Assembly: GCA_965198115.1 (NCBI GenBank) | Contig: OZ240241.1 | Coordinates: 3,264,001-3,328,000, forward strand | Direction of reading: 5' to 3' | DNA from: Candidatus Latescibacterota bacterium | Lineage (GTDB): Bacteria; Latescibacterota; UBA2968 | DNA length: 64,000 bases | In this document: piece after piece, positions 42,234 through 53,423 of the stretch | Layout of the letters: each line of letters opens with the position of its first letter | Position numbering within the stretch: position 1 is the first letter of the stretch | Position numbers and translations under genes: made by a program | Notes under the pieces: model-generated | Databases searched by the model: none | Seen by the model: only the letters and a program-made list of their open reading frames with translations | What the model was told of the DNA's origin: nothing

Positions 42234-43420
42234 ATGCGAGTACTGATTACAGGCGTTGACGGCTATCTCGGCTGGAGTCTGGCCGTCCATCTGGCCAACG
42301 CAGGTCATACGATCGGTGGAATCGACACAGGGATGCGCAGGGAGTGGGTCGCGGAAATGGGCTCACAGAGTGCGACACCCATCGGCTCGATGAAGGAACG
42401 CTCTGCGGCCTTCCGTGAGCACTTTGGCGAAGATCTGGTCTACGTAGATGGCGATCTCCGGAACTACGACACGACGTGTGACCTGCTCGCCTCCTTCCGG
42501 CCCGACACGATCGTCCACCTTGGTGAGATGCCATCGGCACCCTACAGCATGGTCGACGTCCATCACGCGGTCTTCACGCAGACGAACAACATCGTCGGCA
42601 CACTCAATCTCCTTTACGCGATGAAGGACCACACACCCGAGGCCCATCTCCTTAAGCTTGGCACGATGGGCGAATACGGCACACCCAAGCTCGATATTCC
42701 CGAGGGCTTCTTCGAGGTCGAGTACCGGGGGAAAAAGGACGTTCTCCCCTTCCCCAGGCAGGCGGGCAGTTGGTATCACCAAAGCAAGGTACACGACACG
42801 AACAACATCATGATGGCTTGTAAGTTCTGGGGCCTCCGGTCCACGGACATTATGCAGGGTGTCGTGTATGGGACACGCATCGCCGCTATGAATGACGACG
42901 AGCAGATGCTGACCGATACGATTTCGATCAGTCTTTCGGCACCGCCATCAACCGATTCTGTGCCCAGTCGGTGGTCGACGCGCCGATGACACTTTACGGC
43001 AAGGGAAAGCAGAAGAGGGGCTTCCTCCCCCTCTGCGACTCGATGCAGTGCCTGACCCTGGCTACTGAGAATCCTCCCGAGCCTGGTGAATACCGGGTCT
43101 TCAATCAGTTCGAGGAAGTCTATGACATCACGGGGCTCGCGACGACGGTACGTGAGGTCGCCAATGAGTTCGGCATCGAAACGAAGATCAACCAGTTCGA
43201 GAACCCGAGAAAAGAGCTCGAAGAGCACGATTACAACCCGGATCATCAGAAGCTGTTCGACCTCGGATACAAACCGACGCGTGACATGAGGTCCGAGCTG
43301 CGTACGGTGTTCCAGGATCTCTTGCGGTATCGGGATCGCATCGAAGAGGTCAGGGACTCGGTCTTCCCGGATATCCGCTGGGATGGCACGAGGCGGCGTT
43401 CGAAGATCATCGGTGAGGTC
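42234..43420 (+). CDS. sqdB: UDP-sulfoquinovose synthase (frameshift near 42915; 3' end uncertain, possibly fused to the next domain)
   Basis: GVDGYLGW, PSAPYSM, KLGTMGEYGTP, YHQSKVHD, TDIMQGVVYG, GEYRVFNQF, ENPRKE. Confidence 0.9.
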
Positions 43421-43519
43421 AACGGCGTGCATCGCCCCCCCACTTCGAACGGAACCGGCCACGGCAAGAGCACGGACGAGCTGGAAATCGGGATTCCTGC
43501 CAACCGGATCGCGAAGGGT

Positions 43520-44334
43520 GCGCCCCGGAATGGCTGGGCAGACGAGGCGTCTACGCTGGCATCACGGGCGGCGGCCTCGGGAATCACGTCCCCGGCTACT
43601 CGTCCTACAACGTGCGCATCAGGACGGAGATCCTCGAGGACTTCCTCAAAGAGCTGCCCAAGGATGCGTCGATTCTCGACGTCGGATGCAGCAACGCCCC
43701 CCTCTACCCTTTCATCCGGGAGTGGGGATTCAACGGCAAATACATAGGCGCCGACCTACTCGTCAGGCAGCTAAAGCAGGCCAAAGAAAGAGGGGCCTCA
43801 CCCGTCAACGTGAACGCCATCAATCTGCCGTTCCCGAGCCAGAGCTTCGACCTGGTCATCTGCACGGAGATGTTCGTTCATCTGCTCGACCGGGACGTTC
43901 AGCGCGACGTGCTTCGCGAGATCGACCGGGTCCTCAAGCCGGGTGGGACCATCACCCTCAGCCTCACGAACGCTCATGCTTTGACCGTTCGCCGCCACTT
44001 GGAGAAGGCCGTCGGCCGGATCTACGAGACGCAGCCCTACTGCACTTATTTCTCGTGGGACGACATCGAGAACTTGCTTTCCGACGCGTCTGACGGTCTG
44101 AAGGTCGAGCGATACCGCGCGGTCAAGTACTACGATATGGTCCCCTCGTGGTTCGGAAAACTGCGAGGAATCTTCAAACATCCTGCGGTGATGTACGCTG
44201 CAGATCGACTGTTCGGAATCCTGCCAGTTACGAACCGGTTCGGGGGCATCATCCAGCTCCTAATTCGGAAGAACGAAGCCTCTACCGTCAAACGGGTCGA
44301 GGCGAACGACCGGGAACTGGTCTATGCGAAGTAG
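43520..44334 (+). CDS. Class I SAM-dependent methyltransferase (start uncertain)
   Basis: ILDVGCS, NLPFPSQSFDLV, RVLKPGG. Confidence 0.85.
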
Positions 44335-45501
44335 GAGCAGCATCCGGGTTCTCCACATGGGAAACCTGGGTAACAATGCCTATCGTGAAGTGAAGTTCCT
44401 GCGACGCCGGGGCATCGAAGCGGATCTACTGGTCTTTTCCGGTGAGCTGGAAGGCAATACCCACCCCAGGCACGAGGACCTTCAGAACTACCGCGGCTTG
44501 CCCGATTGGGTCAAAGTCGAACACGAGCTCTGGGGCCGGCGTCCTGATCCCAAGACAAGACCAGTCGATTGGTTGGAGTGGAGAGCACAGCTGCCGGAGA
44601 GGGTTCGTCGATTCCTGGGGGGATATGATATCGTCCAGGCCTATTGCACGACGTCGATCTGGGTCAGGCGATTCATGCCAGAGGACGGACCGGCCCTCAT
44701 CACCTTCAGTACGGGCAGCGACCTGCGTGAACTGGCAACTCTGGGGCGTAGGCGACGAGCTCGTCGCCTACGACAGGCTTATCGATACGCCGACCTCAAA
44801 CTCTCAACAACCTCGACCAGATAGACAGCTGGGAACGGTTGGGTTTCGGAGACCCTGTCTTCATACCCAACCCTTACGATCTGGAGAACGTCTCCCCGTC
44901 CGAACGTCAGGACCACGACCGCCACGAGCTTCTCCTGTTCCATCCCACCCGGCTGGACTGGACTTACTCAGGCGAAGACCGAAGCTCCGGAAAGGCCAAC
45001 GACAGGCTGATTCGAGCATTCCGTCGCTTCCTCGACGATGGGCATAAAGCGCGTCTGCTTCTTCTTGAGCGAGGCGCGGACGTGCGGGCGACACACGAAC
45101 TCGTTAAGTCCCTCGGGCTGGCACAGTTCACCCTCTGGGAGTCGGAACTCAAGAAGAAACAGCTGGTCGACTACCTCAATGCGGCAGACATCGTCGCCGA
45201 CCAGTTCACGCTGGGCGCCTTCGGCGGGACGGCTCTGGAAGCCATGGCCTGTGCAAAGCCTCTCCTGACGCACCTCAAGTCGAGTCGCGCCCTGGAGTGC
45301 TATGGCGATCTACCACCCATTATGAATGTGGCCACCGAAGATGAGATCTACACAGCCCTGGTCGCCCTGCGATCACCCGCCGAGCGGAGCAAGCTCGGTC
45401 GCCGGGCCAGAGCCTGGATCGAAAAGCATCACGACTGGCGCGGTGTAACAGACACGCTGATCCGACTTTATGAGTCGACGCTGAACGGTACGGGTAGCTG
45501 A
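44324..45501 (+). CDS. GT4-like glycosyltransferase (frameshift near 44810)
   Basis: HMGNLGNNAY, GSDLRE, KANDRLI, DQFTLGAFGGTALEAMAC. Confidence 0.82.
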
Positions 45502-45626
45502 GTCGCCTCCGCCAGGCACGCTGCTTGCCATCCCATCCCGACATCCCACCCCTCAGTCTGAATCACGGAGAAATCCTCCGTCTGATGAACACGTTGGAGC
45601 GATCCTGACACATACGGAACCGCATC

Positions 45627-46673
45627 ATGTTAACTGTTCAGAGAGTCTTCCCCCGGGACGAGTCCGAATGGGATTGTCATTTCGAAGGCCGATACCCCGC
45701 CGGGCTCGGCCAGTCGCATTTCTACGCACGTCTCTTCGGCCAGATCGACGGCTCTGAATCCGTCTTTCTTCAATGCGATCACGGGGGCACCGCTGTCGGA
45801 TGGCTCCTCCTGATGGAAAAACGTCTTTCCGATCGGTCGCAGATGCTCGACTGGATCGACGGCCCTGTGATGATGACGGAGGACGCACCTGAGGAAGTCG
45901 GTCTTGCCTTACTAGACTGGATTTCCCGCTACGCACGCGACCGACGGATCGCCAGGGCCTACTGTCACGGCCTCCCGATAGACCGTCGCTCTGACAGCAC
46001 TCTTGACGGGGCCTTTGCCTCGCGCGGATATGACCGACAGCCCTGGGCAACTTTCATCGTCGACCTGTGTACCGACGAGGAAGCCCTGTGGAAAGGTCTG
46101 AATCGAGCCGTACGGAAAGCCGTCAACAAGTGTTCGAGAGAGGGTCTGTCGGTCGTTCGAGCCGGCAGTCCAGACCAGTTCGCCAACCTCTTCTATCCTG
46201 CCCTGTCTGCGGGCAAAGCTGCCGCCGGGCTGACGACGCGTCCGCGTGAAGTCTACGATGTCGTCTTCGAGGAAGACCGGAAGTCCCGTTACGCATACTA
46301 CGTGGCAGTCGATGCCGATCACGTCCCTCTCGGCACCCTGGGTGTTCACACTTTCGGGGGCACAGCCACGGAAATCGCCTCAAGCGTCGTCCCAACCACC
46401 CGGCTGCCGGTCCAGGATCTGCTCCACTGGCACGCGCTCAAGCTGGCCAAAAAGGACGGATGCCATCAGTTCGACCTCGCCGGCGTGCATCCGAACCCGC
46501 TCCAGAATAGCAAGGAGGCCGGCATTCGTCGCTTCAAGGCAAAATGGGGAGGGACCTGCGTCGACTATGGCAGATACGGTCGTCACTTCGCCTGGTTGCC
46601 CCGAATCAAGCAATGGGCGAGAAAACAGAGCGCCTTGTCGCTCGTCACACGCGCGGTAAGCGTTGGCCGATGA
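45627..46673 (+). CDS. FemAB/FemX-like GNAT acyltransferase
   Basis: ATFIVDL..DEEALW...RKAVNK, LLHW, FDLAG, GIRRFKAKWGG. Confidence 0.8.
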   Translation: MLTVQRVFPRDESEWDCHFEGRYPAGLGQSHFYARLFGQIDGSESVFLQCDHGGTAVGWLLLMEKRLSDRSQMLDWIDGPVMMTEDAPEEVGLALLDWISRYARDRRIARAYCHGLPIDRRSDSTLDGAFASRGYDRQPWATFIVDLCTDEEALWKGLNRAVRKAVNKCSREGLSVVRAGSPDQFANLFYPALSAGKAAAGLTTRPREVYDVVFEEDRKSRYAYYVAVDADHVPLGTLGVHTFGGTATEIASSVVPTTRLPVQDLLHWHALKLAKKDGCHQFDLAGVHPNPLQNSKEAGIRRFKAKWGGTCVDYGRYGRHFAWLPRIKQWARKQSALSLVTRAVSVGR

Positions 46674-48123
46674 TCAAGTCCTACTTCAAGAACGCCGGGA
46701 TCCTCGGTCTGATCGAAGTGGCCCTGAGGATGAAGGGTCTGATCATTCTGCCCATCCTTACGCGGCACTTCGGCGCAGTGAACTACGGCGTCTGGGCACA
46801 GGTCGGTGTGCTGACCGGCCTACTGGCGACCTTCGTTACGTTCAAGACAGATGGTGCGCTGGTTCGGTACCTTCCCGGGGGCGACCAACAGACGCGTCGG
46901 GAGGGTCTGTCCACGCTCGTCGTCTGCCTGTTCCTCAGCATCTGCGGATGCTGGGTGGTCATCCATACCGCACGCGAGGAGTTGGCTTCGATCCTGCTCG
47001 GATCACCCGAAGAGGGAAGATTCATCTCGCTTGCGGGTTTCGTGGTCCTCAACAGCGTGCTCTACACGATCGTCGGCAAATGGTATCGGATCATCGACAA
47101 TGCTGGCATGGTCGGTTGGATCAGCGCTATTCAGGCTGTCACCGGGCTGGCTGCAGTTGCAGTCGTTGCTCTCGCCGACGCGGGTGTATTTGAGCTCATC
47201 GCTATAACGACGGCTGTCGAGTTCGTGTTCGCCGTCGCACTGCTCTGGAAGATCCTCTGGGAACTCGGCTTTGTACGGCCTCGATTCGACGTGATGATTC
47301 GGTATCTGAAATTCGGTCTTCCGTTTCTCCCAGCGAGCTATGCCACGTGGATCGTTCACGCTTCGGACCGTCTTCTGATCCAACATTTCGGATCGATCGC
47401 CGATGTCGGCGTCTACAGCGTCGCTTACAGTGTGGGCTGCTTGTTCGTCCCCCTATTCACGAAGCCATTCCGCACGATGTATACGGCGAGGGCGAGTGAA
47501 CTCTACGACACCGGACGACTCGAGGACCTCCATCGCCTGTTCCACCACTCCAGTCGCACGGCGCTGGGGCTGGTCATCCGTCGATCATCGGGTTCTCCGC
47601 ACTCGCCAACCCCTTCTTTCATATCCTGACCACACCGGAATTCGAGACGGGCGCCCCACTCGCCGCGATCGTGGCGACAGGCTATGTCATCCACTTCTAC
47701 GCCGGCTACTTCGCCGTCTCGCTCAGTCTGGTACACCGGACGCATTGGGCAACGATCGGCACGATCGTCGCCGCCGTCGCAAACGTTGGCCTGAATCTGC
47801 TACTCATCCCTCAGTACGGATTGGTTGGCGCGGCCACCTCGACCGTCGTCGCATTCAGCTTGAACACGTTGGTCTGCGGCTACCAGGCACAGAAGTATAT
47901 CCGGCTGCAGCTGGACGGGCTGTTCATCCTCAAGTCGCTCCTCGCCTCGATCGCCATGTTTCCCGTGCTGAGCGTTCTCCCGTCCGAGTCGATTGCTCAC
48001 CTCATCCTGAATGTGATCGCCGGTCTCTGTGTCTATGCGTGTGCGATGCTGGCCCTCCGGGTCTTCAGCGACGATGAGAAGCGTCAACTCGCTCGGTGGT
48101 TCCAGCCCCGAAGGGCAGCCTGA
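46670..48123 (+). CDS. Wzx-type oligosaccharide flippase (frameshift near 47580)
   Basis: LPILTR....YG, FGLP, SDRLLI, VGVYSVAY, LNLLLIPQYGLVGAA. Confidence 0.88.
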
Positions 48124-48869
48124 TGGAAACCACACTGACCACCTCGACTTCGGCTGCTTTCCGGGCTCGGCCCAGAGAAAGCACGGTAACGGGTCTGGTG
48201 GGCTACGGACCCGGGGCCGAGCCGGAGACCTGGCTGACGCAAGACGCTGACATCCACGTGCTTGAACCCGGACAGGACGAACTCTGCCTTCTAGGCTCTC
48301 ACGATCTGGAGTTCTGTCCAGAGGCCTTGAGCCGCGAGCTCGAGAACGTAACCGCCACGACATTGGCGTTCCCGATCCTCCTCGAAAACGTGTTCGCCGA
48401 TCAGGATCCGACCAGCTATGTCGCCCGAATGGGAGCCGCCTTCCCCGATGCCAGTCAGGTCGTGGTTGTCGCGGCACCGGACACAGCAGCCGAGGTGCTT
48501 TATCGAAACTACGTACGGCTGGGAGGTAGCCTTCACATCAGAGAGCTCTTCTATAGGCCGGGGTCGCCCGGCGTCGATGTGTTCGCATACCCTTTCTTGG
48601 TCGAGGCGATCACGCGTAATCCCGAACCCACTCGGGAGACCTGCGTCATTCGCGTCGATCACCAAAAAGGCCGTCTGGCGGCAGTAGAAGCACTTGGTTT
48701 GCCCACGTCTGCTTTGCTCACGACGCATAGGCCGCGTTACGCTCTCTCCTATGGTGCGACCCACCGATGTCGGTGGATCAACCAGGTGACAGCCACCCCG
48801 CACTCTGATGCACCATCGACGGGACCGATCCAGGCAAGAAGCACCGCAGGTCCGTCGCAATCGGCTTGA
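48123..48869 (+). CDS. Degenerate sulfotransferase-like domain, probably the N-terminal half of the next ORF
   Basis: Shares LY..Y...GGSL, RP.SP and NQ...T..SDAP blocks with 48882-50045. Confidence 0.6.
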   Translation: METTLTTSTSAAFRARPRESTVTGLVGYGPGAEPETWLTQDADIHVLEPGQDELCLLGSHDLEFCPEALSRELENVTATTLAFPILLENVFADQDPTSYVARMGAAFPDASQVVVVAAPDTAAEVLYRNYVRLGGSLHIRELFYRPGSPGVDVFAYPFLVEAITRNPEPTRETCVIRVDHQKGRLAAVEALGLPTSALLTTHRPRYALSYGATHRCRWINQVTATPHSDAPSTGPIQARSTAGPSQSA

Positions 48870-48881
48870 GGACGGCGCTTC

Positions 48882-50045
48882 GTGGACCGCCCAAAGAAGT
48901 GGTTCGCCCGAAGACTGGTGAAGCGGACGATCTTGCGCAGTGCAAGAAAGACCGATGACGATCTCACGATTGCCCAGGATCTTGTGCAGCGCAGCCAACA
49001 CCCACGGATGCCGTCGTCAGCGAGCAGTCGCTCATCGGAGCCGCTTCTCGCCGACGCACTCCACATCGGCTACCAGAAAACGGCGACCACTTGGCTGCAG
49101 ACCGACATCATCCCTGCCCTGCCTGACGTCGCCCCCCTCGCCAAACCCGCACTCATCGATCGGGGCTACCGTGACGTGCTCGACCGCATTTGCTCTGACC
49201 GGGATGGCACCTTCGACGCGGGGGCCCTGCGGGACCGAATCGGGCGCATACACGAATCCAACGGGCTGACCGACCACCGGAAGCGTCTGATCTGCTACGA
49301 GCACCTGTGCGGAGAACTCTTCTCAGGATGGGACACGATCAGAGTACTCGACAGGGCGCGGAATGTGTTCGGCCCAACGAAGATCATCGCCACGATTCGC
49401 GAACAGAAAAGCATGGTCGAGTCTCTCTATCGATATTACCTGCAATGCGGGGGAAGCCTCGATCTCGCCGACTTCCTGTTCAGACCCTCCTCACCCGCTG
49501 TCAGTAACAGCGGCGTACCCGGCTGGCAGATCAAGTTCAGTTACGACCGAGTGATGACGTACTGCCAGAGTCTTTTCGGAGAGGAGAATGTGCGTTTCCT
49601 GCCATTCGAGTGGATTCGCAAGGATACTTGCAGGTTCCTCAAAGCCTATTTTGGCTTCTTCGGTGTCGATGTGCCTGCGTCGCTGGCAGACCGCGATCAG
49701 GCACGAAACGAAGCCATGTCGTTCTATGGGTCATCCGCGTTGAGGGTGCTGAATCAGTACCGATCGACGAAATACTCCGACGCTCCTTTTGCGCGGAATC
49801 TTTCGCCCTTCTTCATCAGCCTCCAGACAAATGTGCTGGCCCCCGTGGATCGAGCGTGTTTCGGGAGCCTCGGACGGGCGAAGAGGTTCGTGAATCAGGC
49901 CGTTCCAGACAGACCATGGATTCCCGCGGTCTGGCAAGAATACGCATCCTTCGCAGAAGCATTCGACGCATTTTTCGCCGAATCCAACCGCAATCTGGTA
50001 GGCTACACCGGCCAGCTGCTACACGACTTCGGTTACGCAACCTGA
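48882..50045 (+). CDS. PAPS-dependent sulfotransferase
   Basis: 5'-PSB loop HIGYQKTATTWLQ; IREQ..MVESLY; FGEENV.FLPFE. Confidence 0.85.
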   Translation: MDRPKKWFARRLVKRTILRSARKTDDDLTIAQDLVQRSQHPRMPSSASSRSSEPLLADALHIGYQKTATTWLQTDIIPALPDVAPLAKPALIDRGYRDVLDRICSDRDGTFDAGALRDRIGRIHESNGLTDHRKRLICYEHLCGELFSGWDTIRVLDRARNVFGPTKIIATIREQKSMVESLYRYYLQCGGSLDLADFLFRPSSPAVSNSGVPGWQIKFSYDRVMTYCQSLFGEENVRFLPFEWIRKDTCRFLKAYFGFFGVDVPASLADRDQARNEAMSFYGSSALRVLNQYRSTKYSDAPFARNLSPFFISLQTNVLAPVDRACFGSLGRAKRFVNQAVPDRPWIPAVWQEYASFAEAFDAFFAESNRNLVGYTGQLLHDFGYAT

Positions 50046-50062
50046 GAAAGCGGGAGGAAATC

Positions 50063-51010
50063 GTGTCCATCCGATCAATACTCGTTACGGGCGGATGTGG
50101 GTTCATCGGTTCGAACCTGGCCCCATACCTCATCGATCGAGGCTACGAGGTCTCTGTATTCGACAACTTGTCAATTGGATCGCGCGAGGCGTTGACAGGG
50201 TTGCCCGTTGAGGTCCATACCGGCGACATTCTCGACCGACAGGCAGTGGACTCAGCGATGCGTGAGTGCGACGCCGTGGTCCACCTAGCTGCCCATTCGA
50301 GTGTTGTAGACTCGATCGAGAACCCGATGGTCGACGCGCAGATCAACGTGATGGGCACGTTGAACGTCCTCCAGGCCGCGGTCGCTCATAAAGTACAATC
50401 GTTCGTTCAGGCTTCCTCGAATGCCCCGATCGGAGAACAGCCTCCCCCATCGTCCGAGGACAAAGCGGCGCGCCCTTCAGCTCCCTACGGGGCAAGTAAG
50501 CTTGCCTGCGAAGGCTACTGTTCGGCTTTCCACAAATCCTATGGATTGAAAGCCGTAGCTCTGCGGTTCGCGAATGCTTACGGTCCTCGCTCCACGCACA
50601 AAGCCAGCGCAGTTGCCAAGTTCATTCGACTGATCCTCTCCGGCGAAGGGCTGACGATCTTCGGCGACGGTGGTCAGACCCGCGATTTCGTTCACGTTCA
50701 GGATATCTGTCAGGGCATCCACAAGGCCCTCATCTCCGAACGCGGCGGTGAGCTCTACTGTTTAGGTACGGGCATCGAGACCAGCGTACTTCGGCTGGTC
50801 GATCTGTTCAGAGAAATCAGTGGACTGGACTTCCCAGTGGCTCACGTGCCAGCGCGGGCGGGCGAGATCACACGAAACTACACCGACATCTCGAAGGCGC
50901 GGGCAGAGTTGGGTTTCGAGCCGACGGTCGAGCTCCGAGATGGACTTCGCGCGTGTTTCAACTGGTTCGTCGAGAGCACGGGGCATACTCAGTCCGTGAC
51001 AGCGGGATAG
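50063..51010 (+). CDS. NAD-dependent epimerase (GalE-like)
   Basis: GGAGG RBS; TGGCGFIG, HLAA, YGASK, RFANAYGP, DGGQTRDF. Confidence 0.9.
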   Translation: MSIRSILVTGGCGFIGSNLAPYLIDRGYEVSVFDNLSIGSREALTGLPVEVHTGDILDRQAVDSAMRECDAVVHLAAHSSVVDSIENPMVDAQINVMGTLNVLQAAVAHKVQSFVQASSNAPIGEQPPPSSEDKAARPSAPYGASKLACEGYCSAFHKSYGLKAVALRFANAYGPRSTHKASAVAKFIRLILSGEGLTIFGDGGQTRDFVHVQDICQGIHKALISERGGELYCLGTGIETSVLRLVDLFREISGLDFPVAHVPARAGEITRNYTDISKARAELGFEPTVELRDGLRACFNWFVESTGHTQSVTAG

Positions 51011-51014
51011 ACAT

Positions 51015-51111
51015 TTGGGACGCAAGGATACCACTATTAGTCTCCTGCGAGAGGAAGACGGCATCCATCGACTGCTGGACGTCGGCTGCAGTTTCGGGAG
51101 CTATAATCAAA
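51015..51111 (+). pseudogene. N-terminal fragment of a SAM methyltransferase cut by IS256
   Basis: Translates to ...REEDGIHRLLDVGCSFGSYNQ up to the IS end. Confidence 0.6.
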
Positions 51112-51684
51112 AGGTGTGGAAAAAGAGAAAGGGCGACCCTACCCTTCCCGTGAGATAGTTGATTCACACAAAACCGGGTGAGAGGCCCGGTTGGGAAGGA
51201 GGATCGCCGTGAAGGAACATACGCATAGAGCCCCATTGAAGTCCATGCCGACGTGGGAGACGGTTGACGATTGGATCCGTGAAGAGATCCAGGGCCGGTT
51301 CCAGTCCATTCTGGAGGAGGAGGCGACCGCGTTCTTGGGCCGGTCGTGGTATGAGCGCCGAGCCGAGGTCGATAGCTCCACGGGCTACAGGAACGGCTAC
51401 GGCAAGCCCCGGCGTCTCTCGACGAGCTGCGGAACGATCAAGGTCCGGCGTCCCCGGATTCGTGGTCTGGAAGAGCGGTTTGAAAGCCGCATCCTCCCCC
51501 TGTTCGCCCGGAGAACCAGGGCCATTGGAGATCTGCTTCCCGACCTTTATCTCCACGGTCTCTCCCAGGGCGACTTCGAGTTGTCTTTGCGTGCGCTGCT
51601 CGGTGATGGCGCGCCGCTTTCGCCGACCTCGATCGCTCGTCTTCGAGGGAAGTGGGAGGTCGACTTCCAGGACTGGAAAGAAAG
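51112..51684 (+). mobile_element. Truncated IS256-family element (transposase from GTG 51209)
   Basis: YRNGYGKPR, V.RPR.R, FESRILP, LYLHGLS; cut by ISL3 copy 5. Confidence 0.88.
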
Positions 51685-53104
51685 GGCTCTATCCGGGTTT
51701 CTCAACGGTGAAACTATAGAATGACAAGGTCATAGATCGTTCCCTACGCTTGGTTGTGTGTGTAGGACAATCAAAGCGAAGGGGGTGCGACCTATGACCG
51801 GGAGCAGATTACTATCGAAACTGCTGAGATTCAAGGGGTTCCGTGTTGTCAGCTGGTGGTTTGAGGGGAGAAGCTGCTTCGTCATCGCCGTAAAGCCACA
51901 TAAGAATGGTTGTTGTTGTCCGGAGTTCGGCCGTCGAGGTAAAATCGTCCGCACAATGCCCCATCCGCGTCGGTGGCGTGACATTCCGGTGTGCGGGTGG
52001 AGGGTCTGGCTTCTCTACCATCCTCGGGAGATTCGGTGTCCTACCCACGGTCGTGTGGTCGAGGAGATTCCGTGGGCGGAGCGGTTCTCTCGGGTGACGT
52101 ATCGCTTCGAGTATGCCATGCTGCGCTACTGCCAGACCATGACGCAGAAGGCGGCGTCCGAGTTACTGCGCATCTCTGCCTCGACGCTGTCGGATCTCCT
52201 TCACCGATCCATCACGCGGCTTCGTGAAGGTCATCGTATCCGAGGGCTCAAAACCATCGGGATCGACGAGATCTCCTACGCCAAGCGTCACAGGTACGCC
52301 ACGCTCGTTTACGATCTGGACCGCTCCTGCGTGGTGTGGGTTGGCCGCGGCAGGGCGCGTAAAACGATCGATCGGTTCTTCACAGAGGCTCTCAGTCCCT
52401 ACCGGAGATCCAAGATCGAGTGGGCCTGCTGCGACATGAGCGAAGCTTACATCGGAGCCATCCAGGAACACTGTCCGAATGCCAAGCTGGTCCTCGATCG
52501 CTTTCACATCGTCAAGGCTCTCAATGCCGCCGTTGACGAGGTCCGTAAGGACCAGTGGCGTAAAGCTGCCCCGGATGAGCGCAAAGCCATGAAGGGTCTC
52601 CGATGGCTCCTCTACCGGCACTCAGCGACACGCTCCAGAGGGGATACTCGGACACTCAAAGCACTGGAGAAGGCGAACTACCGAATCTATAGAGCCTGGA
52701 GACTCAAGGACGAGTTCGAGCAGTTCTGGGAATACAAAGCGCCCTGGGCTGCCGAACGCTTCCTGAAATGCTGGACGACGTCCGCACTCAGAAGTCGACT
52801 TGAACCCCTGCGAAAGTTCGTCAGGACCCTGCGACAGCACTTCTTCGGCGTCCTCGCATTCGTGAACACGCGTCTTACCAACGCCATCGCCGAAGGCCTC
52901 AACCGAATCGTCCAAATCGTCAAGAACCGAGCCAGCGGATTCCGCACACTCGACGCATTCAACGATATGATCTTCCTTACCGTCGGAGACATAAACATCC
53001 CTGAGCAGATTCCGAAGAGGTTCCGCACACGCTAACCGCGCCCCCATGCCAGGAACCACGGCACCTTCACCCACTTCATCTCGTTGAGAGATCCGGATAT
53101 AGCC
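51685..53104 (+). mobile_element. ISL3 copy 5 (transposase 51758-53035; zinc finger CPECG changed to CPEFG)
   Basis: Same IRs; flanks AAAGAAAG / CTAAAAAG do not match. Confidence 0.95.
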
Positions 53105-53423
53105 CTAAAAAGAGACTCACCGAATAGAAGAGTCCGGTGATGATTCCGATGGACTTGAGGCTCTCACCCAATACCATCAAAGAAAGGCATTGAATCCAGC
53201 TTGTCAGCATGCCGTAGATCGTCACCACTTCCTTGTGTGGAATGAGGCCCATTTTCAGATCCAAAGCGGGTAGATACACAAAGCCCCAATGGTGACTGTC
53301 GTGATTGACGGTGGATTCAATCCAGCTGAATGCAAAGCTCACGCAGCACACGGCTATCACCGCAGCATCATAGAAACGGTCGTTCCTGAGAATCGCCCGA
53401 CTTCGCTGAAGAGCAATGGACAT
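53105..53423 (-). pseudogene. Membrane protein (possibly GT-C-like), 3'-truncated by ISL3
   Basis: TM helix followed by DSHHWG..LPA....G..PHKE...IYG; frame runs into the IS. Confidence 0.5.

Noticed and set aside
32224-48123. Programmed frameshifting or phase variation in the glycan genes
   Set aside because: No long slippage tracts, and the same indel pattern occurs outside the locus
51039-51058. GTCTCCTGCGAGAGGAAGA resembling the 12.7/13.4 kb repeat
   Set aside because: Only 9 bp exact and within coding sequence; likely chance
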